DNA of 64,000 nt from Synechococcus sp. (GCA_047285805.1 JBJBCN010000002.1:640001-704000), one strand, 5' to 3'; shown: positions 30,739 through 41,667, counted from the first letter of the stretch. The notes: generated from the sequence alone by a model not told the origin. A program made the numbers and translations.

Positions 30739-31994
30739 GGGCATGCCCCCCGGAGGGTTTGGCGCAGCAGTTGTCCGATCGCGCTGTTCGGGGCCTCTGA
30801 GCCATTGGAAATCATGCTGATGTAGCGGGGACCCTCACTGCTGTTCAGCAGTCCAGTGACCGACCGCACCCCTCGGATCGTGCCCGTCTTGCCAAAGAAC
30901 TGGCCCTGAAGTTCGGTGTCATACCAATAGTTCCGAAGGGTCCCCCGCTCCCCCGCGATCGCCATCGAGGCGAAGTAGTGATCCGCCATCGGATGGTGTG
31001 CCATTCGCAACATCAAGGCGACCAAGTGACGACTGGTCATGCGATTGCCACGATCGAGACCACTGCCATCGACGACCTTGACCCCCGTCATCGGTAGGCC
31101 CTGGGCCGCGAGCCATCGCTGCGTTCGCCCCTGACTGGTGCCCTGGTCCCAACTGCCTGTGGCCTGGCGCAGGAGCACCTCAGCGGTGAAGTTGTGGCTC
31201 TCGGTGTTGGCCAGGCTGAGCAGGCCGTGCATACCAATGGAGCGCTCTTCATGGAGCAGCACCGCGTTGGCCTCTGGCTTCCCCATGCCCACGGTGGTAA
31301 TGACGGCCTGCCCCCCCTGGCGCTTTATCTCCGCGGCCAAGAGTTGCTGGAGCCGGCTGGGGGGATCAATCACGGCCATGGCCTTAGCGTTGCTGGTCAC
31401 CGCCAGGCGGGTGATCGGTGCGCCATAGGCCTCGACCCGGTCTTCACCGGGCCACCCAGTGGGCCACCACCGCTGGGGCACCTCCTCTTGGAGCTGGATC
31501 CGGACCAAGGCTGGGACGGGTGAGCTGCTGCCGCCTTGGCCCATCGCCAATTTGGCGAAGCGCTGCAGTTGAGCCGTGTTGAAATCCGGGTCCCCCTCTC
31601 CAGTGAGCAAGAGAATTCCATCGGGCTTGCGCCAGAGCCGCGTGGTCAGGCTGTAGTCCGGGCCCAGTTGATCCAGGGCGATCGCCGTCGCCACGAGTTT
31701 CTGGTTGGACGCGGGAATTCGGGGCGTGAGGCCGTTGAGATCCGCCAAGAGACGGCCGGACCCATCGGCCACGCTCACGCTCCAGACGTTGGACTCTGCC
31801 CCGAGCACATGGCGCAACCGGGACTGTAAGGAAGGGCAACTGAGCTGGGTTTGCAGCTGGGGGAGTCCGAGCGGCGGCGGGGCAGGCGGGAGGGAAATGG
31901 CCCTGCCGGTGTTCGGCGGTGCGGCCTGGAGAGCGACACAGGGAACCAGCGCCAGACCAAGCCCAAGGCTGATGCCGACGCGGAGCCCTGCCAT
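30735..31994 (-). CDS. dacB: D-Ala-D-Ala carboxypeptidase/endopeptidase (PBP4, S13)
   Basis: PASNQK (SxxK), SHN, DGSGL, KTGT. Confidence 0.92.
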   Translation of the reverse strand: MAGLRVGISLGLGLALVPCVALQAAPPNTGRAISLPPAPPPLGLPQLQTQLSCPSLQSRLRHVLGAESNVWSVSVADGSGRLLADLNGLTPRIPASNQKLVATAIALDQLGPDYSLTTRLWRKPDGILLLTGEGDPDFNTAQLQRFAKLAMGQGGSSSPVPALVRIQLQEEVPQRWWPTGWPGEDRVEAYGAPITRLAVTSNAKAMAVIDPPSRLQQLLAAEIKRQGGQAVITTVGMGKPEANAVLLHEERSIGMHGLLSLANTESHNFTAEVLLRQATGSWDQGTSQGRTQRWLAAQGLPMTGVKVVDGSGLDRGNRMTSRHLVALMLRMAHHPMADHYFASMAIAGERGTLRNYWYDTELQGQFFGKTGTIRGVRSVTGLLNSSEGPRYISMISNGSEAPNSAIGQLLRQTLRGACP

Positions 31995-31996
31995 GG

Positions 31997-32512
31997 TCAG
32001 GACTGACCGAGTTGCAGGCCGGAGACGGAGCCGTTCAGACGGAACTCACGGCCCTCCAGATCAATCGGCGCTCCAATCTTCAAGGTCTGATTGCCGAAAA
32101 CCACACCACCGGCTCCCTTGCGCCCCTCTCCCTTCAAGACAAAACGGGCATCCAGGTTGCCGAGCTGCTTCTGATTGGGGTCCGGGGCGGTGACGACCTT
32201 GCCGTCGGCAAAGACCGCGGCCAGTTGCCGTTCCAGTGGAATCACGTCATCCACCGCGACGGACCCATGGGGTTGATTGCGGATGACGATAGCGACCTTG
32301 CCCTGCTCTTTGGCCCCGGCAATCAACGCGGCGGGATCGGCCACCGGCACATTGCGGACGTCCACAAAGACGGTGACAGGCTGAAGGCCGCCGGTCGCCC
32401 GAGCGACGGCACCACTAAGTTTGGGACTCCAGGCGACCCCGCCGATCGCCAGCACCACGGCTGCCGCAGCCCCCACGTCCACAAGCGAGAAGCGACGCGA
32501 CAACACGGGCAT
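31997..32512 (-). CDS. DUF4330-like membrane-anchored protein
   Basis: N-terminal TM, IVIRNQPHG, VVFGNQTLKIG. Confidence 0.75.
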   Translation of the reverse strand: MPVLSRRFSLVDVGAAAAVVLAIGGVAWSPKLSGAVARATGGLQPVTVFVDVRNVPVADPAALIAGAKEQGKVAIVIRNQPHGSVAVDDVIPLERQLAAVFADGKVVTAPDPNQKQLGNLDARFVLKGEGRKGAGGVVFGNQTLKIGAPIDLEGREFRLNGSVSGLQLGQS

Positions 32513-32574
32513 GGGAGACAGGCAGAGTTCGAACTGTACGGAGACTGCGCCGCCGGAACAAGCGCACGATCAGC

Positions 32575-33264
32575 TCAGTTCTGCAGTCCCTCAATCAGGC
32601 GATCAACGGCCTTTAAGCCGCGGGCGACGCCACCGCCTACACCATCCAGGGCATCCGCCATCTGCTCGGCATCCGGCTTCGTCTCAAAGTCCTGAACGAA
32701 GCGGTAGCCATCAGGATCGCGGCGATAGAGCTGCCAGTTCTGGGGGAACGCGCGCCTCAGGGCCCCATCACCCGTCGGGATGAGGGCGTAGGCCGTCTGC
32801 CAACTGGAGAGAAAACCCTTGCGCCGCTCACGGGCCACGGTGCCGATGCCGACCGCGGCATCTTCCAATTTGCCGTTCAGCAGAACCACACTGCCGCGGT
32901 GCAAAGCGCAGACCGCCTCGACATCCTCATAGTCCGCAGGGGTTGGCGCAACCAGTACGAGCAAGCCATCGCTGCCGCCGTCGGCCTGCTGCAGGCGTTT
33001 GATCCCGCTGAGTTCGGTGATGCCACTGGCCTGCTCCGCTGCATCACGCTTCGCCAAGGCGGCGGCGCCCGCATCGGGGAAGACCAGGCGGGCGTCGGCG
33101 TGGGTCGGCGTCAGGGCCGCCAACAGCCGCAAGGCCACCGGCAAGTTGCGCAGGCCTTCGAAGCGGAATTCAGCGGTCCAGAAACCCTTGGCCTGGCTGG
33201 CCAAGGCCGTCGATATCGCGTCCACGGCTTCGGCTTCAGCAAGTCGCAGGTCGGCGGGGAGCAT
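32575..33264 (-). CDS. DUF1995-like protein
   Basis: FRFEGL, FPDAGAAALAKRD, LNGKLEDAAVGIGTVARERR. Confidence 0.78.
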   Translation of the reverse strand: MLPADLRLAEAEAVDAISTALASQAKGFWTAEFRFEGLRNLPVALRLLAALTPTHADARLVFPDAGAAALAKRDAAEQASGITELSGIKRLQQADGGSDGLLVLVAPTPADYEDVEAVCALHRGSVVLLNGKLEDAAVGIGTVARERRKGFLSSWQTAYALIPTGDGALRRAFPQNWQLYRRDPDGYRFVQDFETKPDAEQMADALDGVGGGVARGLKAVDRLIEGLQN

Positions 33265-33288
33265 CCAGGCGATGTCGTTGGGCTGACC

Positions 33289-34476
33289 TTAAGCAGCCGC
33301 CACCGCCGTAATGGCCCTGCGCAACGCTTCTGGAACGTCCTGAAGAACGGTGTCGGTGTGCCAGTCACCCAGGGAAAGGCGAATTCCACTAGCGGAGTCC
33401 GGCGCAGTGAAACCCATCGCTTCGAGCACTGAACTACCGGCGGAGCGGCGACTGCTGCAGGCCGATCCACTGCTGATGGCATAGCCCGTGCGGGCCAAGG
33501 CCCGAACAACGGCGCGACTAGATAAGGGGCGGCCATCCTGGGTACGGACGATCAAACTGATGTGATTCGCCAGGCGCTGCTCAGAATCGAGTCGAGGATC
33601 GGGCCCTGTGAGCTGAAGTCCCGGTTGTTGAAGCAGGGCCGACAGCAAGCGGTTGCGCAACACCGGCATGTGATCACCGTCGCCCCTGAACCGTTGCGCG
33701 TGTAATCGCTCCAGTGCTGCCGCGAAGCCAGCAATCAACGCAACCGGCTCCGTGCCGGAACGTAAGCCCCGCTCCTGGCCACCACCGGCATGGATGGCCT
33801 GGAGATGAACACCGCCACGGACCAAGAGGGCACCGATGCCACGGGGACCGCTCAGCTTGTGGCTGCCGACACTCATCAGATCGATGGGAAGGGCGTCGAA
33901 AGCAATTGGGCGTTGGGCCGCGACTTGAACGGCATCCACGTGCAGCAGCACGCCGGCAGATCGGCACAGCGCTCCGATCTCCTGAATGGGCTGCAGCGCC
34001 CCCACTTCGCTCTGCCCCCAGATCAAGGAGACCAGCTGGGTTGGCCGTGTCAGGAGCGATCGCAGGGCCCGGATATCGATCAGCCCCCGGCGATCAACGG
34101 GAATGCGCTCCACCTTCCAGCCCAGGCGTTGCAGCTGGTGCGCGGCCGCTTCGCTGGCGGGATGTTCCACGGCAGAGACCAACAGCCGTGGCATGGAGCG
34201 CTGTTGATCAGCGATGTCGGCGGCGCTTCCGAGGAGCGCGAGGTGGATTGACTCGGTGCCACCTGAGGTGAACACCACTTGCCCGCTGCAACCAAACAGG
34301 CCGGCGATCTGCTCACGGCTGCGCTCAAGTTGTTCCGCCGCTGCAAGACCGAAATGGTGGAGGCTAGAGGGGTTGGCCCAGGCTTCTCGCTCGACGCGTT
34401 GGATCTCCGCCTGAACCTCTAGAGCGACAGGTGTGGTAGCCGCGCAATCTAGGTATCGGCGCAGATCCCAACTCAT
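33289..34476 (-). CDS. Cysteine desulfurase (IscS/NifS-like)
   Basis: YLDCAATTP, NPSSLH, FTSGGTES, SHKLSGP (PLP Lys), SSGSACSS. Confidence 0.92.
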   Translation of the reverse strand: MSWDLRRYLDCAATTPVALEVQAEIQRVEREAWANPSSLHHFGLAAAEQLERSREQIAGLFGCSGQVVFTSGGTESIHLALLGSAADIADQQRSMPRLLVSAVEHPASEAAAHQLQRLGWKVERIPVDRRGLIDIRALRSLLTRPTQLVSLIWGQSEVGALQPIQEIGALCRSAGVLLHVDAVQVAAQRPIAFDALPIDLMSVGSHKLSGPRGIGALLVRGGVHLQAIHAGGGQERGLRSGTEPVALIAGFAAALERLHAQRFRGDGDHMPVLRNRLLSALLQQPGLQLTGPDPRLDSEQRLANHISLIVRTQDGRPLSSRAVVRALARTGYAISSGSACSSRRSAGSSVLEAMGFTAPDSASGIRLSLGDWHTDTVLQDVPEALRRAITAVAAA

Positions 34477-35588
34477 GTACCGCGTTCGAAACGCGCCCGT
34501 GTGCGCGACTCCAACGAATTGGTCGCGATAGTCACCAGATCATCCAGGGACGTGCTGTCAAGCAGCGCAGCCACCTTGGCCCGGGCCGCTTCACTTGGGC
34601 AATTCTCAGGGCGGATGCAACCGTTTGCGCAGACCTTGGCGCAGTCGATGCTGTCGTCATTGGCCGGCGAGGCCTGCGGTTGCCCCTGCACCGAAGGTTC
34701 GGCTGCGGCTTGCTGACGAGCGGAGGCGACCGCATCAGGGGACGGAATCGAACCGTCGAACACATGCTCCGCGGGACCATCCATAAAAACCTTGCCGTTG
34801 AAGGCATCCCAGTGGATCTGCAGCGGTCCGCCGGGCAAGTCCAAACGGGCCGTCCGCTCCGCGAGGCCAAGACGATGACACGCCACCAAGGTCGCGCAGG
34901 CCCCGGTTCCACAGGAGAGGGTCGGACCGGCTCCCCGTTCCCAGACCCGCATCACCAGGTGAGAGGGCGAGAAAACCTCAACAAAATGAACATTAGTCTT
35001 GGCCGGGAAAGCCGGATGCACCTCCAGCTGGCTACCGATGCGGTCGAGGTCGATCGCTTCAACGGAATCCACCGGGACTACGACATGGGGGTTGCCCATG
35101 CCAGCAGCGGCCACAGAAAAGCGTTCACCGTCAATCTCAAGCTCACCGACTGGAAGACCCGCATCTCCAACCTCAAGGGTTGTGGGGATCTCGCTCGGCT
35201 CCAAGAACGGAGCCCCCATGTCCACGCGGATCGTCCCATCGGGCAGCAGCTCAGGAACGATGCGGCCAGCCAGGGTGTCCACCTGCCAGGTCCGGCCAGG
35301 GCCATCGCCATCACAATCCGCCAGAAAGCGCGCCAGACAGCGGATGCCATTGCCGCACATCTCGGGTTCGGTGCCATCGGCGTTGAAGATGCGCATCCGC
35401 AGCTCACCACCGGCGTTCGGCGGCAACGCCAAGATCACTCCATCGCCACCGACACCAAAGCGACGGTCGCAGAGCTGAACGACCAGCTCCGGGGTCAAGC
35501 CAAAAAGAAAGTCGGTCTCGCCTGATTGACGCCCGTCGAGCATCAAAAAGTCGTTACCAAGCCCTTGGTATTTGCTGAATTGGAACAC
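34473..35588 (-). CDS. dapF: Diaminopimelate epimerase with extra C-terminal Cys4 domain
   Basis: KYQGLGNDF, EMCGNGIRC, MGNPH, VWERGAGPTLSCGTGACA. Confidence 0.96.
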   Translation of the reverse strand: MFQFSKYQGLGNDFLMLDGRQSGETDFLFGLTPELVVQLCDRRFGVGGDGVILALPPNAGGELRMRIFNADGTEPEMCGNGIRCLARFLADCDGDGPGRTWQVDTLAGRIVPELLPDGTIRVDMGAPFLEPSEIPTTLEVGDAGLPVGELEIDGERFSVAAAGMGNPHVVVPVDSVEAIDLDRIGSQLEVHPAFPAKTNVHFVEVFSPSHLVMRVWERGAGPTLSCGTGACATLVACHRLGLAERTARLDLPGGPLQIHWDAFNGKVFMDGPAEHVFDGSIPSPDAVASARQQAAAEPSVQGQPQASPANDDSIDCAKVCANGCIRPENCPSEAARAKVAALLDSTSLDDLVTIATNSLESRTRARFERGT

Positions 35589-35632
35589 GCGCTACAACCT
35601 GTTGATGCAGGCACACCAGTGTTTTCGATCCT

Positions 35633-35871
35633 ATGGGGAGCAGTCGAAACGTGCGGCCAGGGAATCTCGACACCTCCCAGCCAGGTGTGCTCCAAATCCA
35701 GGCTTGGATTCGAGCAGAACTCCCCCTGTCGCTTCAACTCAGCAATGGCAGCAGCTTGAGCGGCCGTCCGCTGTGGATCGACCCTTGTTTTTGGCCTTGG
35801 AACCAGAACCCGGCGCCGCTCCTCTGTTGATCAACCGCGACGCGATCGTTCTGCTGCGTTCCTTGGCTTAA
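35633..35871 (+). pseudogene. hfq: Cyanobacterial-type Hfq split by a 1-nt frameshift
   Basis: LDTSQPGVLQIQAWI..LSLQLSNGSSLSGRPLWIDP in one frame, FLALEPEPGAAPLLINRDAIVLLRSLA* in another; dapF-hfq-leuS context. Confidence 0.82.
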
Positions 35872-35913
35872 CAGCAGCTATGGGAGCATCACTGCTCAAC
35901 TCCCGATCCGCCC

Positions 35914-38562
35914 GTGAGCGAGACCAGCCGCTACCAACCCCAGGCCACGGAGGCCGGCTGGCAACGGGCCTGGAAGGCAAACGGCCTGCACAGCACCCCG
36001 GAGGTCAAGGCAGGCGATGACGCCTTCTATGCCCTCTCGATGTTCCCCTACCCCTCGGGGAACCTGCACATGGGGCACGTGCGGAACTACGTGATCACGG
36101 ACGTCGTCGCCCGGGTTCAACGGCTACGCGGCAAAAAGGTGCTCCATCCGATGGGCTGGGACGCCTTTGGTTTGCCCGCGGAGAACGCGGCGATCGAACG
36201 GGGTGTCGAACCAGGTGCCTGGACGGATCAGAACATCGCGTCCATGCGCGATCAGCTTGATCAACTCGGGCTCTCGATCGACTGGGAGCGCGAGCTGGCG
36301 ACCTGCCACGGTGACTACTACCGCTGGACCCAGTGGCTGTTCCTTCAATTCCTCGAGGCCGGCTTGGCCTATCAGAAGGACGCGACCGTCAATTGGGATC
36401 CCATTGATCAGACTGTGCTCGCCAACGAGCAGGTGGACAGCGAAGGCCGCTCCTGGCGTTCCGGCGCGTTGGTGGAGAAGCGCAAGCTGCGTCAATGGTT
36501 CCTGAAGATCACCGACTACGCCCAAAAGTTGTTGGATGACCTCCCGAAATTGGAGGGTTGGCCTGAGCGGGTCCGGACGATGCAGGCCAACTGGATCGGG
36601 CGCAGCACCGGTGCTGAGCTCCAGTTCACGGTGGTCGATGAGAACGGTCAGGACAGCGATGAACGGGTCACCGTCTTCACCACCCGACCGGACACCTTGT
36701 TTGGTGCTAGCTATGTCGTTCTGGCTCCGGAGCACCCCTTGGTGCCGGTCCTAACCACCGCAGCACACCAGACGGAGGTGGAAGCCTTCTGCGACTTGGT
36801 CTCCCGCCAGAGCGAGGTAGAGCGCACCGCAGAAGACAAACCAAAGCGCGGCGTACCGATTGGTTCCCAGGTGCGTAACCCCGCCAACGGCGAACTGCTC
36901 CCGATCTGGATTGCTGACTACGTGCTGGCGGAGTACGGCACCGGGGCAGTGATGGGTGTGCCTGCCCATGACCAGCGGGACTTCCTCTTCGCTCGGCAGT
37001 ACGAACTCTCTGTCAAGCAGGTGATCATTCCTAAGGGCAGTGATGAACACGCCTTCGAGGGAGGTGTCTGGACCGAGTCCGGAGTGTTGATCCACTCTGG
37101 CGGATTCGATGGCTTAACCAATGAGGCCGCGAAATCCGCAATCACGAAGGCCGGCGAGACGGACGGTTGGGCGCGGGAGAAGGTGCAGTTCCGCCTCAGG
37201 GACTGGTTGATCTCCAGGCAGCGCTACTGGGGTTGTCCGATCCCGGTGATCCACTGCGAGAGCTGCGGCGTCGTTCCGGTTCCCAGCGATCAGCTGCCCG
37301 TCGAACTACCGCATGACATCACCTTCAGCGGCAAAGGTGGCTCACCGCTGGCCCAGCTCGACCATTGGGTCAACGTCGATTGCCCCTGCTGCGGCAAACC
37401 GGCCCGCCGGGAGACCGACACCATGGACACCTTCATGTGCTCCAGCTGGTATTTCCTGCGCTACAGCGACGCCAAGAACAGTCAGCTGCCCTTTTCCAAG
37501 GAGGCGGTTGATCAATGGCTGCCGGTCGACCAATACGTCGGCGGTATCGAGCACGCCATCCTTCACCTGCTCTACTCGCGCTTCTTCACCAAATTCCTGA
37601 GGGATCGAGGTCTTCTCGGATTCGACGAGCCATTCCAACGGCTCCTGACCCAAGGCATGGTCCAGGGCATCACCTACAAGAACCCAAAGACCGGCAAATA
37701 CATCCCACCGTCTGAATTGGCCGACGCCACCGATCCCCGGGACCCCCTCACCGGTGATCCCCTGGACACCTTCTTAGAGAAGATGTCGAAGTCCAAGTAC
37801 AACGGCGTCGATCCCGCCGTCGTCATCGACAAGTACGGCGCGGACACTGCGCGGATGTTCATCCTCTTCAAGGCTCCGCCCGAAAAGGATCTGGAATGGG
37901 ATGACGCGGATGTGGAAGGCCAGTTCCGTTTCCTCCAAAGAATCTGGCGCCTGGCCGATGCCGCCCTCGAGCGGGGTCTGAGCCTTGCTGCAGAGGCGGG
38001 CTCCACGGCGGCCGTCGCCAAGGCTCTCGGATCGGGTGGAGCGCTCTCTCCGGCCGACCAGGAGCTACGGCGCGCCGTCCACACCGCCATTCACGAGCTG
38101 ACCGAGGACCTTGATGGAGACGTTCAGTTCAACACGGCGGTCTCCGAGCTGATGAAGCTCAGCAATGCCATGGGCACACACCTGACGGGCAGTGCCGACG
38201 TCTTCGCATGTGAGGCACTGCGCACACTCTTGATATTGCTGGCTCCTTTTGCACCTCACATGGCCGAGGAGCTCTGGCTGAAGCTGGGAGGCCGCAGCGA
38301 GGACGACAGCCTTGCTGAGACAAGCATTCACACCCAGTCCTGGCCACAGTGCGACGTCTCTGCGTTGGTCAGAGAAACTGTTCCCCTGGTGATCCAAATC
38401 AAGGGGAAGGTGCGCGGAAACCTCGAGGTTCCCGCGGATGCTGACAAGGCCACCCTGGAGAAGCTCGCCCTTGAGAGTCAGATCGCTGCGAAATGGCTGG
38501 AAGGAAAAGCCCCCAGCCGAGTAATTGTCGTTCCAGGAAAGCTGGTGAACCTGGTGCCCTAA
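35914..38562 (+). CDS. leuS: Leucyl-tRNA synthetase
   Basis: [30 protein letters not shown]. Confidence 0.98.
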   Translation: MSETSRYQPQATEAGWQRAWKANGLHSTPEVKAGDDAFYALSMFPYPSGNLHMGHVRNYVITDVVARVQRLRGKKVLHPMGWDAFGLPAENAAIERGVEPGAWTDQNIASMRDQLDQLGLSIDWERELATCHGDYYRWTQWLFLQFLEAGLAYQKDATVNWDPIDQTVLANEQVDSEGRSWRSGALVEKRKLRQWFLKITDYAQKLLDDLPKLEGWPERVRTMQANWIGRSTGAELQFTVVDENGQDSDERVTVFTTRPDTLFGASYVVLAPEHPLVPVLTTAAHQTEVEAFCDLVSRQSEVERTAEDKPKRGVPIGSQVRNPANGELLPIWIADYVLAEYGTGAVMGVPAHDQRDFLFARQYELSVKQVIIPKGSDEHAFEGGVWTESGVLIHSGGFDGLTNEAAKSAITKAGETDGWAREKVQFRLRDWLISRQRYWGCPIPVIHCESCGVVPVPSDQLPVELPHDITFSGKGGSPLAQLDHWVNVDCPCCGKPARRETDTMDTFMCSSWYFLRYSDAKNSQLPFSKEAVDQWLPVDQYVGGIEHAILHLLYSRFFTKFLRDRGLLGFDEPFQRLLTQGMVQGITYKNPKTGKYIPPSELADATDPRDPLTGDPLDTFLEKMSKSKYNGVDPAVVIDKYGADTARMFILFKAPPEKDLEWDDADVEGQFRFLQRIWRLADAALERGLSLAAEAGSTAAVAKALGSGGALSPADQELRRAVHTAIHELTEDLDGDVQFNTAVSELMKLSNAMGTHLTGSADVFACEALRTLLILLAPFAPHMAEELWLKLGGRSEDDSLAETSIHTQSWPQCDVSALVRETVPLVIQIKGKVRGNLEVPADADKATLEKLALESQIAAKWLEGKAPSRVIVVPGKLVNLVP

Positions 38563-38571
38563 GGGCCATGC

Positions 38572-40173
38572 TTAGTCGTGTATGAATACCAGTGACTCGG
38601 GGTTGCCCCAGTCCCCTTGGGCTGAAATATGGCGGCGGTTGGCACAGAGGTGGCGCAGGATCCAATAGAGGGGCTCTGCCGTCTTGAGATCCAACTTGGT
38701 CTGCAGCTCAACCAAGGTGTGTTCGCGTTGGTCAGCGATGACCATCTCCAGCCTGGACTGGAGATCAAGCAGAGCCGCGGCAGCCTTCTTGCCAGCCTCA
38801 ACTCCGGGTTGGTGGTAGGCGTTCACATTGACGAGTTCGCCATAGAAACCAACCGCCCGTTCAAACAGTGCGATCAACGCCCCGAGGCTGTGGGCATTGA
38901 GGCGCTGCATGGTGATACTGAGGTTGAAGCGCCCCTCCTCAGTCAGAGCGGAGCGGGTGCCCTGAAGGAATCCATCCAGGAAGTCCCCAGGGTTCTCCCC
39001 CTCCAGTGGCGGGATATCGCCGGGATCCTCTAGGACCTCCACAAAGGTCACGAAGAAATTGTCAACGCCATCACGCAACTGCTGGACGTAGGCATGTTGA
39101 TCGGTTGAACCCTTGTTGCCGTAGACAGCGATGCCTTGGTTGACGACGTGGCCATTGCGGTCGAGCTTCTTGCCAAGGCTCTCCATGACCAGCTGCTGGA
39201 GGTAGCGACTGAACACCTCCAGCCGGTCGCGGTAGGGCAAGACGACCATGTCGCGCTGCCCCTTGCCCCCACATGCGGAGTACCAGGCTGCAGCGAGGAG
39301 AGCGGCAGGATTGGAGGCGAAATCGGCGACGCGAGTGACCGCATCCATCTGGGCGGCACCGGCCAGGAACGCCCGGATGTCTGAACCGATCAGCACCCCT
39401 GGCAGCAAACCCACGGCACTCGTGATGCTCGTGCGACCACCGACCCAATCGAACATGTCGAAGCGGGCCAACCAGCCGGCATCTTTGGCTTCGCGATCGA
39501 GCTTGCTGTCGACCATCGTCACGGCAACGACCTGCTGAGACCAGCTGCCGCCTGCTGCTTCAACGGCCCGACGAGCCTGAAGCATGCCGATGTGAGGTTC
39601 AGGGGTGCCGCCGGATTTGCTGACGACAATCACCAGGGTGGTCTTGAGGCGTGAGCCGATGGACGCGAGGGTGCGTCGCATTCCATCGGGATCAACATTG
39701 TCGAAGAAGTGGAACGGAAGGCCAGCGCCAGGGTCCTGAAGGGCCCGGATCATTAGCAGGGGCCCGAGTCCCGAGCCACCGATGCCAATCCAAAGGACGT
39801 CGGTAAAGGCCTCGCCGGAGGCGTTCCCAATGGAACCGGCCAAGACGTCACGACCAAAGGATTCGATCCGATCCACCTCGGACTGAATGTGGGCACCGCT
39901 GGTGGGGTCAGGAGCGAGCTGGGGTGAGCGGAGCCAGTAATGACCGACCTGCCGCTGCTCATCAGCGTTGGCAATCGAACCGGACTCCAAGGCTGCCATC
40001 GCCTGGAACGCTTCGTCGAAGCGGGGTTTCAAGGACGCAAACGTGGGCTCATCAAGGCCCATGCGACTGACGTCCAGCCAGAAGCCCAGCTCAGGGTTGT
40101 GCCAGATCTGACTACAAAACCTCTGCCACTGGCTTGCGGGATCCAGAGCGGGGGCAGAGGGGTGAGAAGACAT
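38572..40173 (-). CDS. pgi: Glucose-6-phosphate isomerase
   Basis: GIGGSGLG, SKSGGTPE, VGGRTS, QQLVMESLGK, GSTDQH, HQPGVEAGK. Confidence 0.97.
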   Translation of the reverse strand: MSSHPSAPALDPASQWQRFCSQIWHNPELGFWLDVSRMGLDEPTFASLKPRFDEAFQAMAALESGSIANADEQRQVGHYWLRSPQLAPDPTSGAHIQSEVDRIESFGRDVLAGSIGNASGEAFTDVLWIGIGGSGLGPLLMIRALQDPGAGLPFHFFDNVDPDGMRRTLASIGSRLKTTLVIVVSKSGGTPEPHIGMLQARRAVEAAGGSWSQQVVAVTMVDSKLDREAKDAGWLARFDMFDWVGGRTSITSAVGLLPGVLIGSDIRAFLAGAAQMDAVTRVADFASNPAALLAAAWYSACGGKGQRDMVVLPYRDRLEVFSRYLQQLVMESLGKKLDRNGHVVNQGIAVYGNKGSTDQHAYVQQLRDGVDNFFVTFVEVLEDPGDIPPLEGENPGDFLDGFLQGTRSALTEEGRFNLSITMQRLNAHSLGALIALFERAVGFYGELVNVNAYHQPGVEAGKKAAAALLDLQSRLEMVIADQREHTLVELQTKLDLKTAEPLYWILRHLCANRRHISAQGDWGNPESLVFIHD

Positions 40174-40451
40174 CAGGCCGAAATGGGGCGCACCTCCTGT
40201 CGAACCTATCCGTGAAATCCAATCAGGGATACCTTTTTAGGCCTTTTCGATGAATTGCCACGAGTCCAGGTCGCGACTGTATGGACACACACATCGACCC
40301 GGTCGGCAGGGTTTCAAGACAAACACGAGGGACTAGCGTTTAGAGAGGTGCCGAATAGCTTCTGGGTCCCCTCAAGCGCCACGGCCAGCAACTTCCACGG
40401 CACCGTTATCGACGCAACCATTGGGCGTGGTTTGGTGCGGCATCGACAGCG

Positions 40452-41189
40452 TTGGCAAGCTTGGCCACCTACCCGATCCTTCAGGACCTCTTTACGTCGG
40501 GCCCGAGCGTGGCCGTCAATTTCGTCGTCGACAGCCGCAGCCAGTCAGATCCCACAAGTTTCAGTCCTGAAGAACTGCAGGAACTTCAGCGCCGTTTTGG
40601 CGTACACGGCCCCCAGCCACCCCTGGCGCGCCTGTTCACGAATGGGGTCGATCAATTCACGCCCCTGCGGAACCACACGGTGATGCGGCTGCAATCACTT
40701 CAACCGGTCATTCGACAACAGAGCCGACGCACGGGCCTGAACCCGATGCTGCTAGCGGCCATCTTGTTTGACGAGATACAGCACGCCAAACCCGGTGAGG
40801 AACACCCTTTGGCTGCCCATTCAGGTCTGTTCAGCACCCATGGACCTGCGCAGTTGGGCCTGAGTGAGATGGAAAAGCAGGGCCTTCTGCGGCCGAATGC
40901 AAGTGCCGACGAAGTGCAGGATGCCCGCAATCAGCTTCTGGATCCCGAGCGCAACGTTGAACTCCTCGCAGGAAAGATAATGCGGCTCCTCAAGCTCCTT
41001 GAGCGTGACGTCAGTGAGACCAAAAACGTCAGCCGCTCCCATCTGCACGCGAAAACCGTGGCGACGCTGGCCTATTTGCACAACGGAAAATTGGACTATC
41101 CCGCCCGGATCCTGCGTTACATGCAGGATCCCGAGCTGCATGGCCTGGTCTACGGCCGCCAGCGCAAATCGGTCTCGCCGCTGATCTAA
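40452..41189 (+). CDS. Hypothetical exported protein with lytic-transglycosylase (SLT)-like motifs; frame open back to CTG 40362
   Basis: LLAAILFDE / GPAQL / LLDPERNV / LAYLHNG spaced like the SLT motifs. Confidence 0.7.
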   Translation: MASLATYPILQDLFTSGPSVAVNFVVDSRSQSDPTSFSPEELQELQRRFGVHGPQPPLARLFTNGVDQFTPLRNHTVMRLQSLQPVIRQQSRRTGLNPMLLAAILFDEIQHAKPGEEHPLAAHSGLFSTHGPAQLGLSEMEKQGLLRPNASADEVQDARNQLLDPERNVELLAGKIMRLLKLLERDVSETKNVSRSHLHAKTVATLAYLHNGKLDYPARILRYMQDPELHGLVYGRQRKSVSPLI

Positions 41190-41616
41190 ACGAGAGACCT
41201 AATCGTCAACACGAACTTTCCAGCCAGCGATGGAGGTGGGGAAGGCACTTTGGCCTTGGTCATTGTGAACGTAAAGCAAGTGCCATCTCTCGCGACAAAA
41301 CTCGACATCTCAAAGCCATTTGGGTAGGTCGTAATGGCAATAGAATCTCTGCTGGTCACATAACGCCCACTTTCGGCTCCCCTTGTCCCATCGGAGCCAC
41401 GGCGCAAGACCTCGAAGCCCCCATTGCCGTCGTACCACTCACGACCGCTCTAGGAATAGGGGCGATTATTCCAGATAACAGTCTTGCTGTATTAATAGCT
41501 ACCGCTCAGCGACTTGAGGCTACACCGGCTGGTTTCAGCTTCAGCCGTCGGGCTGGAGGCCATCGTCCAACTGTTTCCAAGGCCGAGAGCCCAAGGAGAG
41601 CACAGCGGACTGTCAT
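41186..41616 (-). pseudogene. Decayed gene for a small secreted protein
   Basis: Frame from ATG 41563 reads RCSLKSLSGSY*YSKTVIWNNRPYS*SGREWYDGNG... with stops at 41492-41494 and 41450-41452; signal-like MTVRCALLGLSAL from 41616 in a shifted frame. Confidence 0.6.
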
Positions 41617-41667
41617 TGGCTTCTGATTAGTGGGTGAAGGTCTATCCAGGCTTCGAGCTGGATCCGC

